Part shown: piece by piece, positions 53,233 to 63,234 of the stretch | How the letters are laid out: every line of letters begins with the position of its first letter | Position numbering within the stretch: position 1 is the first letter of the stretch | Assembly (NCBI GenBank): GCA_035490535.1 | Contig: DATHCP010000087.1 | Coordinates: forward strand, 32,665 to 96,664 | Source: Actinomycetota bacterium | Lineage (GTDB): Bacteria; Actinomycetota; UBA4738; HRBIN12 | Length of the DNA stretch: 64,000 bases | Direction of reading: 5' to 3' | The notes under the pieces: model-generated | Databases searched by the model: none | Told to the model about the DNA's origin: nothing | What the model saw: only the letters and a program-made list of their open reading frames with translations | Program-made: the position numbers and the translations under genes

Positions 53233-53496
53233 TCATCCCCCTCCGCTGATCGACGGGAGGACCTGCAGGCGGTCCTCGGGCCGCACCGACGCGTCCTCGC
53301 GCACCGCTTCGCCGTTCACGAACACGTTCACATGGCGGCGGACCTTGCCGCGCTCGTCGAGGATCCAGCCGCTGGTCCGCGGCCATGCCCGCTCCAGCTC
53401 GCGAAGGACCTCGCCGACGGTGGCGCCGTCGAGACGGATCTCGCGGTTGCCGCCGGCCAGCTCGCGGAGCGGGGCGCGGAGCGCGACGAGGGGCAC
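53233..53496 (-). CDS. MoaD/ThiS-family ubiquitin-like beta-grasp protein ending in Gly-Gly-Gly
   Basis: 87 aa. ...VNVFVNGEAVREDASVRPEDRLQVLPSISGGG* follows the MoaD/ThiS pattern (hydrophobic core, C-terminal diglycine directly before the stop). Confidence 0.75.
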   Translation of the reverse strand: MPLVALRAPLRELAGGNREIRLDGATVGEVLRELERAWPRTSGWILDERGKVRRHVNVFVNGEAVREDASVRPEDRLQVLPSISGGG

Positions 53497-53560
53497 GGTC
53501 CGAGCCTAGCCGTTCGGAACGACGCGGAGGTCCGGCGCCCGGACGAGGTCGCGGGGCGCC

Positions 53561-54799
53561 TCACGCCGGAGGTGGCTTCCCGTACTCGAAGTGCATCCCA
53601 TCGGGGATCAGGAAGTCCCCGCCCCAGTTGAAGCCCCAGCGTTCGAAGATCCGGACGATCCGCGGGTCCATCGTCGGTCTGCTCCCGTACGGGTTCTCGG
53701 GGGCGTTGATGTCGATCGCGGCGCCGTAGGCGTGTTGGGATGGAGGTGCGATCGTGGACCGCGCCACGGTCCGGGCGGCGTAGCAGCCCGAGTAGACGTG
53801 GATCTCGCCGCCGAGGCCAGCCGCCTGCACCTGGCCGAGCGCGCCGATCAGCATCGGGAACAGGGCGTCGTTGCACGTGACCTGGCCGAGGAGCGGGACG
53901 CTCCGCGTGGAGATGTGGGCGTCGTACCACGAGGTCGACATCGTGAGCTCGGCCGGGTCCGAGGTCTGCGGATACGCGGCGAACTCGCCGAACACCTCCT
54001 TCATCACGATCGGGGGATCGACGCCACTCGCCACCCGCACGAACCGCGTGCCGCCCGGGCGGACGGTGCGCAGCGGATCGTCGGCGGCGATCAGCCCGCG
54101 CACGTCGGCCGTGAATCGTGTGAGGGTCAGGTCGGGATCGCCGAGCGCGAGCAGGTACCGGTCGTGCGTGATCCCGAGTCGCGCGCCGACGTCGCGGCTC
54201 ACCAGCAGCTCCGACCAACCGACGTCGTCATCGGGTACCACGGCTCCCACCGTCACCGTCGTACCGCCGAACGTCATCGAGCCACCCACGCCGATCCTGC
54301 GCAGGTCGGCGGACCGCTGGCCGAGCACCGCATCGCCGGCGTCGAGCGCCTGCACGATCCGCGCCCGGTCCCCGCCGGGGACGAACGGCGCGTACGCGGT
54401 GGGGTCGACCGCGAACGCGTCGATCGGGATCGCGTACGGCGGCGAAGGCCGGTCGACGACGTTCCCGTCGGCGTCGCGGCTGGAGTTCATCCATAGGGTG
54501 TCGCCGGCGACGACGACGGTGGTCGTGAGTCCGTCGGCATGCACGATCCGGTTCCGGAAGCCGGCCGGGAATCCGCCGGGCATCCACGCGAGCCACGCCG
54601 GGACCCCGCCGTCCGGTGCGACCGGAACCGACGCGGAGCCCGACGCGGCCGGCGCAGCCGGGGTGGTCGGGGATGGCGCGCCGGCGACATCGGCGTCCCG
54701 CCCGGGGCGCAGCAGGACGACGAGCGCGAGCACGGCGACGCCGATCACGGCGACGAACGAACGCCGGCGGCGGACCTGTGAGCGGGTGACGTGCGACAT
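53561..54799 (-). CDS. membrane-anchored M15 family zinc D-Ala-D-Ala carboxypeptidase/endopeptidase-like protein
   Basis: N-terminal TM FVAVIGVAVLALVVLL. MacB/FtsX-periplasmic-like middle domain. Intact H-x6-D (SQHAYGAAIDIN) and D-x-x-H (PDGMHFEY) zinc/catalytic motifs. Confidence 0.8.
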   Translation of the reverse strand: MSHVTRSQVRRRRSFVAVIGVAVLALVVLLRPGRDADVAGAPSPTTPAAPAASGSASVPVAPDGGVPAWLAWMPGGFPAGFRNRIVHADGLTTTVVVAGDTLWMNSSRDADGNVVDRPSPPYAIPIDAFAVDPTAYAPFVPGGDRARIVQALDAGDAVLGQRSADLRRIGVGGSMTFGGTTVTVGAVVPDDDVGWSELLVSRDVGARLGITHDRYLLALGDPDLTLTRFTADVRGLIAADDPLRTVRPGGTRFVRVASGVDPPIVMKEVFGEFAAYPQTSDPAELTMSTSWYDAHISTRSVPLLGQVTCNDALFPMLIGALGQVQAAGLGGEIHVYSGCYAARTVARSTIAPPSQHAYGAAIDINAPENPYGSRPTMDPRIVRIFERWGFNWGGDFLIPDGMHFEYGKPPPA

Positions 54800-54838
54800 G
54801 TGCGTTCCGAGGCTACGACGAGCGGGGCGGGAAGACGG

Positions 54839-55312
54839 CTAGCGACGCAGGGCCCGGGCGAGGGCTTCCTCGAGCTCCTCGGCCGTTCTGCCCGATGCGG
54901 TCGCGAGGGCCGCCACGTCGCCGGCGCGCAGCGACACGCTCTCGGTCGGCGGCTCGCGTCGAAGGGAGCTGACCTGTCGGACGAATCCCGAGACCAATGC
55001 CCCCTCGGCGGAGCCGAGGGATTCGAGGGTCGTGAGGTCGATCTCGGCCTCCGGACGGCCTTCGGTGGCGCGGACGATCTCCGCGAGGATCCGGTCGGGC
55101 GGAACCTCGTACAGCTTGCACAGCAGGATGAAGCGCTCGAGGCTGATGTTCCGCTCGCCACGCTCGTAGCCGGCGACCGAGGTCGCCATGAACCGGCCCT
55201 CGGAGGCTGCACCGACGCCGCGCAGCGTCAAACCGCGACGCTGCCGCGCGCGACGGAGCGCTCGACCGATCTCGACCGCGAGAGGTTCTGGCTCCAACCG
55301 TTCCCTCACCAT
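54839..55312 (-). CDS. XRE family helix-turn-helix transcriptional regulator
   Basis: ATG 55312. HTH IGRALRRARQRRGLTLRGVGAASEGRFMATSVAGYERGERNISLERFILLCKLYEV. Near-consensus -10 TATACT on the minus strand at 55354..55349. Confidence 0.75.
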   Translation of the reverse strand: MVRERLEPEPLAVEIGRALRRARQRRGLTLRGVGAASEGRFMATSVAGYERGERNISLERFILLCKLYEVPPDRILAEIVRATEGRPEAEIDLTTLESLGSAEGALVSGFVRQVSSLRREPPTESVSLRAGDVAALATASGRTAEELEEALARALRR

Positions 55313-55694
55313 CCGACCTGCCCTGCGGGAAGGGGAAGCCTTCGGCAGAGTATATGAACGGCCGCGGGCCGCGCACCATCCCTTCGGGTGGTCATGGAGC
55401 GGCATCCGGGACGCGCTCCGACGCATCGCGGCCCTATCCCGGCCGCGTTCCGCGGTCGCGAACGGGCGCGGCCCGGAGGCATCGGGGGTCGCTCTGCGTC
55501 CGGATCGCGAACGGATCGTGAACGCTCAGGAGATGGGGGCTTGCAAGAACGCGCTCCGCGTCCTAGTGTCTGGCTACGTCCTTTGCGGTATCGGGACGTG
55601 GCTCATCGGCCGGGAGGGCACAGGTGAGGGCTCACCCTTCCAGTCGTGCACCGTTGGCAGTGGGGGACAACTGGCATCGCGAGGAGGGGTCGCT

Positions 55695-55805
55695 GTGAAG
55701 GCGCTCCTGGAGGGTGATGAGGTGCGTCTGAGCATCGAGATGCAACGCCCGCGGGGTACCGACGTCCGGTCGGAACGATGCGCGTTCGAGGGGTTGTTCC
55801 GATGA
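55695..55805 (+). CDS. candidate 36-aa upstream ORF translationally coupled to the nucleotide-sugar dehydrogenase
   Basis: GAGGAGGGG (55681-55689) lies 5-7 nt before GTG 55695. Stop TGA 55803-55805 overlaps ATG 55802 (ATGA). Confidence 0.3.
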   Translation: MKALLEGDEVRLSIEMQRPRGTDVRSERCAFEGLFR

Positions 55806-57118
55806 GCGCCGCCGGATCCACGAACGACCTTCCCGCCGCAGCCGCGCAGCGCACGGGTCGCGTTGCGGTCGTCGGCCAGGGGTACGTCGGGCTGACGTTG
55901 GCATCGGCCGCGGCCGCGGCCGGCTTCCCGGTCACCGGCATCGACAACGACGTCGCCCGGATCGACGCGCTCACGCGCGGAGAGTTGGCGGTTCCGGGCG
56001 TGGACCGTGTGACGTTCGATGCCGCGATCCAGAGCGGGGGCATCCGGTTCGCTGGATCGGCCGACGCGGTGGCCGATGCGGCGTTCATCTTCATCTGCGT
56101 GCCGACGCCGCTGCGCGATGGCGCGCCGGATCTGAGCTACGTTGAGGCCGCGGGCCGGTCCGTCGCCGCGCACCTGCGCGCCGGAGCGATGGTGGTGCTC
56201 GAGTCCACGACGTATCCGGGAACCACGGATCAGCTGCTCCAGCCGCTCCTCGAGCAGGGCTCGGGGCTGCGGGCGGGCGTGGACTTCCTGCTCGCCTATT
56301 CGCCCGAGCGGATCGATCCCGGGAGCGCCGAGTTCACGATGCGGAACACCCCGCGGGTGGTCGGCGGCACCACGCCGGAGGCCACCGACGCGGCGGTGGC
56401 GTTCTACGAGCAGCTCGTGGACAAGGTGTTCCCCGTGTCGTCCACGCGGACGGCCGAGACCGCGAAGCTGCTCGAGAACACGTTCCGGCACATCAACGTC
56501 GCGCTGGTGAACGAGCTGACGATGCTGACCCACGACCTCGACATCGACGTGTGGGAGGTCATCGACGCGGCCTCCACCAAGCCCTTCGGCTTCATGCCCT
56601 TCTATCCGGGCCCCGGGATCGGCGGGCACTGCATCCCGCTCGATCCGACGTACCTGTCATGGCAGGTCCGCCGGCAGACCGGCCGGCGCTTCGGCGTGCT
56701 CGAGGCGGCCCAGGACGTGAACGAGCGGATGCCGAACTACGTGGCCAGCCGGGTCGCCGAGATCCTGAACGACGTGGGCCGCGCGGTCCGCGGCAGCAAG
56801 ATCTTCGTCCTGGGTGTGACCTACAAGGCCGACGTGGGCGACGTGCGCGAGTCCCCATCCCTGATGGCGATGCAGGCCCTCTACCGCAAGGGCGCGGAGA
56901 TCTCCTTCCACGACCCCTTCATCGAGGAGGTGCCCCTGAACGGCGGTCGGATCCGGCGGACGGAGCTGGCCGAGGGCCTGGCCACGGCGGACCTGGTCCT
57001 GCTGCTCACGCCGCACAGCTCCTACGACGTGGACCAGATCGCGGAGCACGCGGCGCTCGTGTTCGACACGCGGAACGCCTACGGCGACGCGTCGCACGAC
57101 AACGTGATCCGCCTGTAA
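55802..57118 (+). CDS. nucleotide-sugar 6-dehydrogenase (UDP-GlcNAc/UDP-ManNAc dehydrogenase, WbpA/WecC-like)
   Basis: VAVVGQGYVGLTLA Rossmann motif and catalytic Cys in GIGGHCIPLDP. ATG 55802 (or 55778). Confidence 0.85.
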   Translation: MSAAGSTNDLPAAAAQRTGRVAVVGQGYVGLTLASAAAAAGFPVTGIDNDVARIDALTRGELAVPGVDRVTFDAAIQSGGIRFAGSADAVADAAFIFICVPTPLRDGAPDLSYVEAAGRSVAAHLRAGAMVVLESTTYPGTTDQLLQPLLEQGSGLRAGVDFLLAYSPERIDPGSAEFTMRNTPRVVGGTTPEATDAAVAFYEQLVDKVFPVSSTRTAETAKLLENTFRHINVALVNELTMLTHDLDIDVWEVIDAASTKPFGFMPFYPGPGIGGHCIPLDPTYLSWQVRRQTGRRFGVLEAAQDVNERMPNYVASRVAEILNDVGRAVRGSKIFVLGVTYKADVGDVRESPSLMAMQALYRKGAEISFHDPFIEEVPLNGGRIRRTELAEGLATADLVLLLTPHSSYDVDQIAEHAALVFDTRNAYGDASHDNVIRL

Positions 57119-57175
57119 GGAGCTGGTCCCTCGGGCGCGGTTCCGCCGCGGGTCGATCCGGGATCTCGGACGCGC

Positions 57176-59173
57176 TCAGCCCGCGGCGTCGGGCGGCACC
57201 GTCGTCACGATCGCGTCGGGGGCCGCGTGCGACAGATCGAGCATCGGCTCGGGCTCGCTGGTCCGCACGACGATCCGCGGCGTGGTCTCCACGGGAGGCG
57301 GTGCCAACCCGACCTGGGGGAAGTCCGGCACCAGCAGTCGCAGGCACTCGTCCAGCTTCCACCAGTCGCGACGCTCGGCCGCGCCGATCAACTCCTCGAT
57401 CATCGCGCGGCCTTCTTCGTCCTCGTCGCACTCGTGCGTGGCCATCATGATGTGCTCGAACGTCGTGCCCGACAGCTCTTCCTCGTGCGTGAAGAGCTCC
57501 TCATGCAGCTTCTCTCCAGGCCGCAGCCCCGTGTAGCGGATCTTCACGTCGTCCTCGTCCGCGCCGGCGAGCCGGATCATCTCCTTCGCCAGGTCGAGGA
57601 TCAGCACCGGGGTGCCCATGTCGAGGACGTAGACCGCGCCGTTCACGCCGAGCGCGCCCGCCTCGACGACGAGCCGGCTCGCCTCCGGGATCGTCATGAA
57701 GTAGCGGGTCATGCGGCGGTCGGTCAGCTTGATCGGACCGCCCGTGCGGATCTGCTCCTCGAAGATCGGCACGACCGAACCGCGGCTCCCGAGCACGTTG
57801 CCGAAGCGCACCGACGCGAACACTTGGTCCTGTTCGGCATGCGCGCCGACCATCCGAACGATCCGCTCGGCGAGGTGCTTCGTCACTCCGAGCATCGAGG
57901 CGGGATGGACGGCCTTGTCGGTGGAGACGTTCACGAACCGGGTGACGCCAGCCGCGAGGGCGGCCTCGGCGACGTTGCGCGTTCCCGCGACGTTGTTGAG
58001 GATCGCCTCATCGGGGTCTGCCTCCATCAGCGGCACGTGCTTGTGCGCCGCGGCATGGAACACGACCGACGGTCGGAAGCGCTCCATCACGTTGAGGACC
58101 TTGATGCGGTCGCGGATGTCACCGACCACGATCGTGAAGTCGAGCTCGGGGAGCGTGTTCTGGAGCTCGCGGCCGATGTCGTGCAGCGTGTTCTCGCCGT
58201 GCCCGAACAGGATGACCTTGCCGGGCCCCGCGCTCGCGATCTGCCGGACCAGCTCGGATCCGACCGAGCCGCCGGCGCCGGTGACGAGCGCGGTACGGCC
58301 TTCCAAGTAGGAGGGCGGGAGGTCCAGCGGAACCGGCTTGCGGCGCAAGAGGTCTTCGACCTTCACCGGCCGCAGGCCGGCGAGCTGGGCCTCGCCGAGG
58401 AGGACCTGTGTCACGCCCGGCAGGATCCGGCACGGAACGTCGGCCGCGCTCGCCACGTCGACCACCCGCTTGGTCGCGCGCCCTCCTGCGGCCGGCATCG
58501 AGATCAACACCTCGTCGACCTGGTGCTCCTTGACCACCTGCGGCAGGTCGTCGATGCCGCCGAGCACGTCCGTTCCGGCGATCTTCAGGCGGCGCTTCAC
58601 CGGGTCGTCATCGAGGTACCCCACGAGCTCCTTGCCGTGGTCGGGGTGGCGGCGGATCTCCCAGCCGAGGCGCGTGCCCGCGTCGCCGGCGCCGACGAGC
58701 AGCACCCGGCGCGGACCCGCGCGGTGCAGGCTGGTCTTCGTCTGCAACCGCCACTGACGCTCGGCGTACAGGCGCGCCAACACGCGGATCGCGGACATGC
58801 CGACGAGCGCGACGACACCTTCGATCAGCGGGACCGTCCGCGGGAAGAGGCCGGCCCGTGCGTACCAGACGAGCCCGATCCCGAACAGCACCGCGGTCCC
58901 CGTGACGACGGCTCCCACGACACGGAGCAGATCCTCGATCGTCACACGCTCCCACGCCTGACGCGGCAGACCGAACGCCAGCAACAGCACCGCCTTGATC
59001 GACATGCCGGCCAGCGCGTACAGCGGGATCAGCGTCCACATCTCGCCGATGCGGTTCGGCGCTCGCAGCGGGAAGGCGACCAATGCAGCAAGCGTCCAGA
59101 TCGTCAGATCGGTTGCGAACTTCGCCCGGAACCAGAAGCGTCCTTTCGGGCTGTCGTGCACGGAGCGCGTCAT
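57176..59173 (-). CDS. membrane-bound polysaccharide biosynthesis protein, CapD/WbpM/PglF-type UDP-sugar 4,6-dehydratase
   Basis: ATG 59173 behind GAAGGAA. Four N-terminal TM spans. LVTGAGGSVGSEL Rossmann motif. Polysacc_synt_2-like core. Confidence 0.85.
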   Translation of the reverse strand: MTRSVHDSPKGRFWFRAKFATDLTIWTLAALVAFPLRAPNRIGEMWTLIPLYALAGMSIKAVLLLAFGLPRQAWERVTIEDLLRVVGAVVTGTAVLFGIGLVWYARAGLFPRTVPLIEGVVALVGMSAIRVLARLYAERQWRLQTKTSLHRAGPRRVLLVGAGDAGTRLGWEIRRHPDHGKELVGYLDDDPVKRRLKIAGTDVLGGIDDLPQVVKEHQVDEVLISMPAAGGRATKRVVDVASAADVPCRILPGVTQVLLGEAQLAGLRPVKVEDLLRRKPVPLDLPPSYLEGRTALVTGAGGSVGSELVRQIASAGPGKVILFGHGENTLHDIGRELQNTLPELDFTIVVGDIRDRIKVLNVMERFRPSVVFHAAAHKHVPLMEADPDEAILNNVAGTRNVAEAALAAGVTRFVNVSTDKAVHPASMLGVTKHLAERIVRMVGAHAEQDQVFASVRFGNVLGSRGSVVPIFEEQIRTGGPIKLTDRRMTRYFMTIPEASRLVVEAGALGVNGAVYVLDMGTPVLILDLAKEMIRLAGADEDDVKIRYTGLRPGEKLHEELFTHEEELSGTTFEHIMMATHECDEDEEGRAMIEELIGAAERRDWWKLDECLRLLVPDFPQVGLAPPPVETTPRIVVRTSEPEPMLDLSHAAPDAIVTTVPPDAAG

Positions 59174-59355
59174 CGTGGAAGGTTCCTTCTCGTCAACACG
59201 ACCGGGGGGATACGCAAGGCGCGACTTTCGGCCGAAGGCGCGTCTGCGGCCGAGGTTATATCCTGCATGCGCTGTAGGCAAGACCCAGCTCGCGAACGTG
59301 CGACGTCGGATGGCCATCGGGCGGGCTGTGTCGGCCAGACGGAGGACAGCAGAGC

Positions 59356-60372
59356 ATGCAGAACGGAAGGGATGTCCGCGTCGCGGTCCTGGGTGCGGGC
59401 CGCTGGGGCCGGAACCTGGTCGCCAATCTGGACGCGCTGGGTGCTCTCGCCGCGGTGTCCGATCCGGACCCGGCGATCCGCGCCGAGCTCGTTGCCACGT
59501 ACGGACAACGGATCGCGATCAGCGCCGAACACGAGCGCGTGCTCACCGATCCGGCGCTGGATGCCGTGGTGATCGCGACCCCCGCGACCACCCACACCTC
59601 GCTCGCGATCGAGGCGGTCCGCGCAGGCAAGCACGTCTTCGTCGAGAAGCCGTTCACGCTGACGGTGGACGACGCCGAGCTGGTCGTGAAGGAGGCGGAG
59701 GCGGCCGGGCGGACGTTGATGGTCGGCCACCTGCTGCTCTACCAGCCGGCGATCGTGTGGATGCGGGAGTTCCTGCAGAGCGGCCGGCTGGGCTGGGTCG
59801 CGAGCCTCTACCAAGACCGGCTGAGCCTCGGAACGGTCCGCACCGTCGAGAACAGCCTGTGGAGCCTCGGCGTGCACGACGTCGCAGCGATCCTGTACCT
59901 CGAAGGACAGGAACCGATCCGCATCGCCACATGGGGCCAGGCGATCATCCAACCCGGCGTCCAAGACGACATGCACCTGCACATGCAGTTCGCGAACGGC
60001 GCGGAGGCGCACATCCACAACTCCTGGCTCTGGCCGGAGCGCCGCCGCAGGTTGACCGTCGTGGGGACCGAAGCGATGGCCGTGTACGACGAGCTGAACC
60101 AGACCGTGCAGTTGCACCGGCGTCGCGTGAACGCGAACCTCTCCGTGCAGGATGATGGGGGCGAGGTCGTGTTCCGCGGCGATCCGCAGCCGTTGCGTCA
60201 TGAACTCGAGCACTTCCTGACGTGCGTGCGCGACGGCCGCGAGCCGCGCTCCGGTGGCCCGAGCGCGATCGAGGTGATCCGGGTCCTCAGCCAGGCCGAC
60301 GCGCAGATGAAGGAGATCCGCGTCCTCGGGCAGACCAGCGCGCGGATGACGGGGATCGCGACCTCGGCATGA
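59356..60372 (+). CDS. Gfo/Idh/MocA oxidoreductase, WbpB/WlbA-like UDP-GlcNAcA 3-dehydrogenase
   Basis: [27 protein letters not shown] and VFVEKPFT motifs. Context next to WbpD- and WbpE-like genes. Confidence 0.8.
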   Translation: MQNGRDVRVAVLGAGRWGRNLVANLDALGALAAVSDPDPAIRAELVATYGQRIAISAEHERVLTDPALDAVVIATPATTHTSLAIEAVRAGKHVFVEKPFTLTVDDAELVVKEAEAAGRTLMVGHLLLYQPAIVWMREFLQSGRLGWVASLYQDRLSLGTVRTVENSLWSLGVHDVAAILYLEGQEPIRIATWGQAIIQPGVQDDMHLHMQFANGAEAHIHNSWLWPERRRRLTVVGTEAMAVYDELNQTVQLHRRRVNANLSVQDDGGEVVFRGDPQPLRHELEHFLTCVRDGREPRSGGPSAIEVIRVLSQADAQMKEIRVLGQTSARMTGIATSA

Positions 60373-60953
60373 GTGGGGTCTTCGTGCACCCGAGCGCGGT
60401 CGTCGACGACGGCGCTCGGATCGGCGCCGGATCGAAGGTCTGGCATTTCGCCCACGTGATGGCCGGCGCGTGCATCGGTCGCGACGTCAGCCTCGGGCAG
60501 AACGTCTTCGTTGCCGACGACGTCACGATCGGCGACGGGTGCAAGATCCAGAACAACGTGTCGATCTACCAGGGCGTGACGCTCGAGGAGCACGTCTTCT
60601 GCGGCCCGAGCATGGTGTTCACGAACGTGCGGAACCCTCGGGCGGCGTTCCCGACGCCGGAGGAACGGTACGCCGGGACGCTCGTGCGGCGCGGCGCCTC
60701 GATCGGGGCCAACGCGACGATCGTCTGCGGGATCACGGTCGGCACGGACGCGTTCATCGCCGCCGGCGCGGTCGTGACGAGGGACGTCCCCGATCACGCG
60801 TTGATGGCCGGTGTCCCTGCACGCCGGATCGGGTGGGCGTGCACGTGCGGCCGGATCCTCCGGATGGACGACCAGGGGCGCGCGGCCTGTGCGGAGTGCG
60901 GACGCCGGTACCGGCAGGCCGGCCCCGATGACCTGCAACGGGACGAGCCATGA
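60369..60953 (+). CDS. left-handed beta-helix N-acetyltransferase, WbpD/WlbB-like
   Basis: ATGA overlap. [45 protein letters not shown]...[16 protein letters not shown] closely follows the WlbB/WbpD hexapeptide pattern. Cys-rich C-terminal tail. Confidence 0.85.
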   Translation: MSGVFVHPSAVVDDGARIGAGSKVWHFAHVMAGACIGRDVSLGQNVFVADDVTIGDGCKIQNNVSIYQGVTLEEHVFCGPSMVFTNVRNPRAAFPTPEERYAGTLVRRGASIGANATIVCGITVGTDAFIAAGAVVTRDVPDHALMAGVPARRIGWACTCGRILRMDDQGRAACAECGRRYRQAGPDDLQRDEP

Positions 60954-62098
60954 TGCCCGCCCGGGTCACGCACGTCACGAGCGTGCACGATGCGGACGAC
61001 CCGAGGATCAACAGTAAGGAGTGCCGGACGCTCGCGGCCGCGGGGTTCCGCGTCTCGCTCCTGGCGCCGGAGGGGTCGGTGCACGAGGACGGTCCCGTGT
61101 CGCTCGTTCCGCTGCCGGCGCAGCCTGGCCGGCTCCGCCGCATGACGCTCGGCAACGTGAGCGCGTTCCGCCGGGGCCTGCGGTTGCGGTCGCACGTCTA
61201 CCACCTCCACGATCCGGAGCTGTTCCCGACGGCCGTGGCGCTTCGCCTGGTGGGGCGCCGCGTCGTGATGGACGTCCACGAGGATCTCCCGGCCCAGATC
61301 CGGACGAAGACCTGGATCGCGCCCGCGCTCCGCCGGCCGATCGGCTGGCTGGCACGTCGGTGGGAGTGGGCGGTCGCGCGCATCGCGACGCGCGTGGTCG
61401 TCGCCGAGCCGGGCGTCTACGCACGCTTCCCGGCCGAGCGCGCCACGCTGATCCAGAACTTCCCGCGAAGCGACGAGTTCCCGCCGGCCTCGTCCACGCC
61501 GTACGGGGAGCGGCCCAACCACCTCGTGTACGTCGGCAGCATGAGCGAGGCCCGGGGGCTCTTCTCGATGATCCGGGCCGTCGACCGGTTGGATCCCGCG
61601 CTGGAGGCCAGGCTCCACTTGGCCGGACAGCTCTCGGGACCCCTGCGGGCGCGCGCGGAACAGGAGCCGGGGTGGCGTCTCGTCGTGTCGCGCGGATGGC
61701 TCGGCCGGGACGGCGTGGCCGACGTGCTCGGCGAGGCGCGGATCGGCATGGTCGTCCTGCACCCGCTGCCCAACTACGTGGATGCGCAGCCGACCAAGCT
61801 GTTCGAGTACATGATGGCGGGGCTCCCCGTGGTCGCATCGGACTTCCCGCGATGGCGCGAGATCATCGAGCCGGCCGGCTGTGGCCTGCTCGTCGATCCG
61901 ATGTCTGAGGACGCGATCGTCGCGGCCACGGCGTGGCTGCTGGAGCATCCGGAGGACGCGCGCGAGATGGGCGAGCGCGGCCGCGCCGAGGTCCTGCGCC
62001 GATACAGCTGGGATGCCGAGGGCGAGCGACTCGTCCGGATGTACGAGACGATGCTCGGTGCGCCGATGCGGGCGCCGAGCGCGGAGGGGGTCCGCTGA
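60950..62098 (+). CDS. glycosyltransferase family 4
   Basis: ATGA overlap. [16 protein letters not shown]-terminus. [21 protein letters not shown]-x7-E region. Confidence 0.8.
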   Translation: MMPARVTHVTSVHDADDPRINSKECRTLAAAGFRVSLLAPEGSVHEDGPVSLVPLPAQPGRLRRMTLGNVSAFRRGLRLRSHVYHLHDPELFPTAVALRLVGRRVVMDVHEDLPAQIRTKTWIAPALRRPIGWLARRWEWAVARIATRVVVAEPGVYARFPAERATLIQNFPRSDEFPPASSTPYGERPNHLVYVGSMSEARGLFSMIRAVDRLDPALEARLHLAGQLSGPLRARAEQEPGWRLVVSRGWLGRDGVADVLGEARIGMVVLHPLPNYVDAQPTKLFEYMMAGLPVVASDFPRWREIIEPAGCGLLVDPMSEDAIVAATAWLLEHPEDAREMGERGRAEVLRRYSWDAEGERLVRMYETMLGAPMRAPSAEGVR

Positions 62099-63234
62099 TG
62101 GCCGTGCCCGATCGCATCGAGGCTCGTCGGGGGGTGGCGATCCCCGTGTTCGACCCTCGTCCCGACATCGAGCCGATCCGTGCCGAGGTGCTCGAAGCGA
62201 TCGCCGGCGTGGTGGACTCGGGTCGGTTCATCCTCGGTGAGCAGGTCGCGGGGCTGGAGGACGAGGTCGCCGCCTACCTCGGGGTCCGGCACGCGGTGGG
62301 GGTCAACTCCGGCACCGATGCACTCGTGATCGCGCTGCGGTCGCTGGGCGTCGGGCCCGGGCACGAGGTGATCACTACGCCGTTCACGTTCTTCGCTACG
62401 CCGGAGGCCGTCACGACGATCGGGGCGACGCCCGTGTTCGTCGACATCGACCCCGCCACCTTCACGATCGATCCCTCCGCGATCGAGGCGGCGATCACGG
62501 CGCGCACCGCGGCGATCGTGCCGGTCCACCTGTTCGGATTGGCCGCGGACATGGACCCGATCCTCGAGGTCGCACGGCGACACGGGCTGCGGGTCGTCGA
62601 GGACCTCGCCCAGGCGATGGGGGGATCCGCGGGCGGGCGGAAGCTGGGCACGATCGGCGACGCCGCCGCGTTGTCGTTCTTCCCCACGAAGAACCTCGGG
62701 GGGTTCGGGGACGGCGGCATGATCGTGACCGACGACGACGAGGCCGCCGCCCTCGCGCGCAAGCTCCGGACGCACGGATCCGCGAAGAAGTACGCGAACG
62801 AGCTCTTCGGCTACAACTCGAGGCTCGACGAGCTGCAGGCGGCGGTGCTGCGGGTGCGGCTGCGGACGCTCGATGACGCGAACGCGGCGAGGCGGGGGGC
62901 GGCCGCCCGGTACGACGAGCTGCTCGACGGGATCGACGGGCTCGCGCGGCCGATCGCGGCGCGCGCGGCCGGCCACGTGTACCACCAGTTCACGATCCGG
63001 GTGCCGGGCGGCCGCCGGGACGAGGTGCGCGATCGCCTCGGGGCCGAGGGGATCGGGACCGCCGTCTATTACCCGATCCCGTGTCACCGGCTCCCGCCGT
63101 ACGCGGACCTGGGCGTGACGCTGGCCGAAGCCGAGGCCGCCGCCGCTGAGGTGCTCTCGCTCCCGATGTGGCCGTCGATCCCCGACGACGCGGTCCGCGC
63201 GGTCGGGGACGCGCTCGGACGCGCGATGCGATGA
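62098..63234 (+). CDS. DegT/DnrJ/EryC1/StrS aminotransferase, WbpE/WlbC-like
   Basis: ATG 62098 shares its A with the previous TGA. GVNSGTDALVIALRSLGVGPGHEVITTPFTFFAT and the PLP lysine in SFFPTKNLGGFGDGG. Confidence 0.85.
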   Translation: MAVPDRIEARRGVAIPVFDPRPDIEPIRAEVLEAIAGVVDSGRFILGEQVAGLEDEVAAYLGVRHAVGVNSGTDALVIALRSLGVGPGHEVITTPFTFFATPEAVTTIGATPVFVDIDPATFTIDPSAIEAAITARTAAIVPVHLFGLAADMDPILEVARRHGLRVVEDLAQAMGGSAGGRKLGTIGDAAALSFFPTKNLGGFGDGGMIVTDDDEAAALARKLRTHGSAKKYANELFGYNSRLDELQAAVLRVRLRTLDDANAARRGAAARYDELLDGIDGLARPIAARAAGHVYHQFTIRVPGGRRDEVRDRLGAEGIGTAVYYPIPCHRLPPYADLGVTLAEAEAAAAEVLSLPMWPSIPDDAVRAVGDALGRAMR

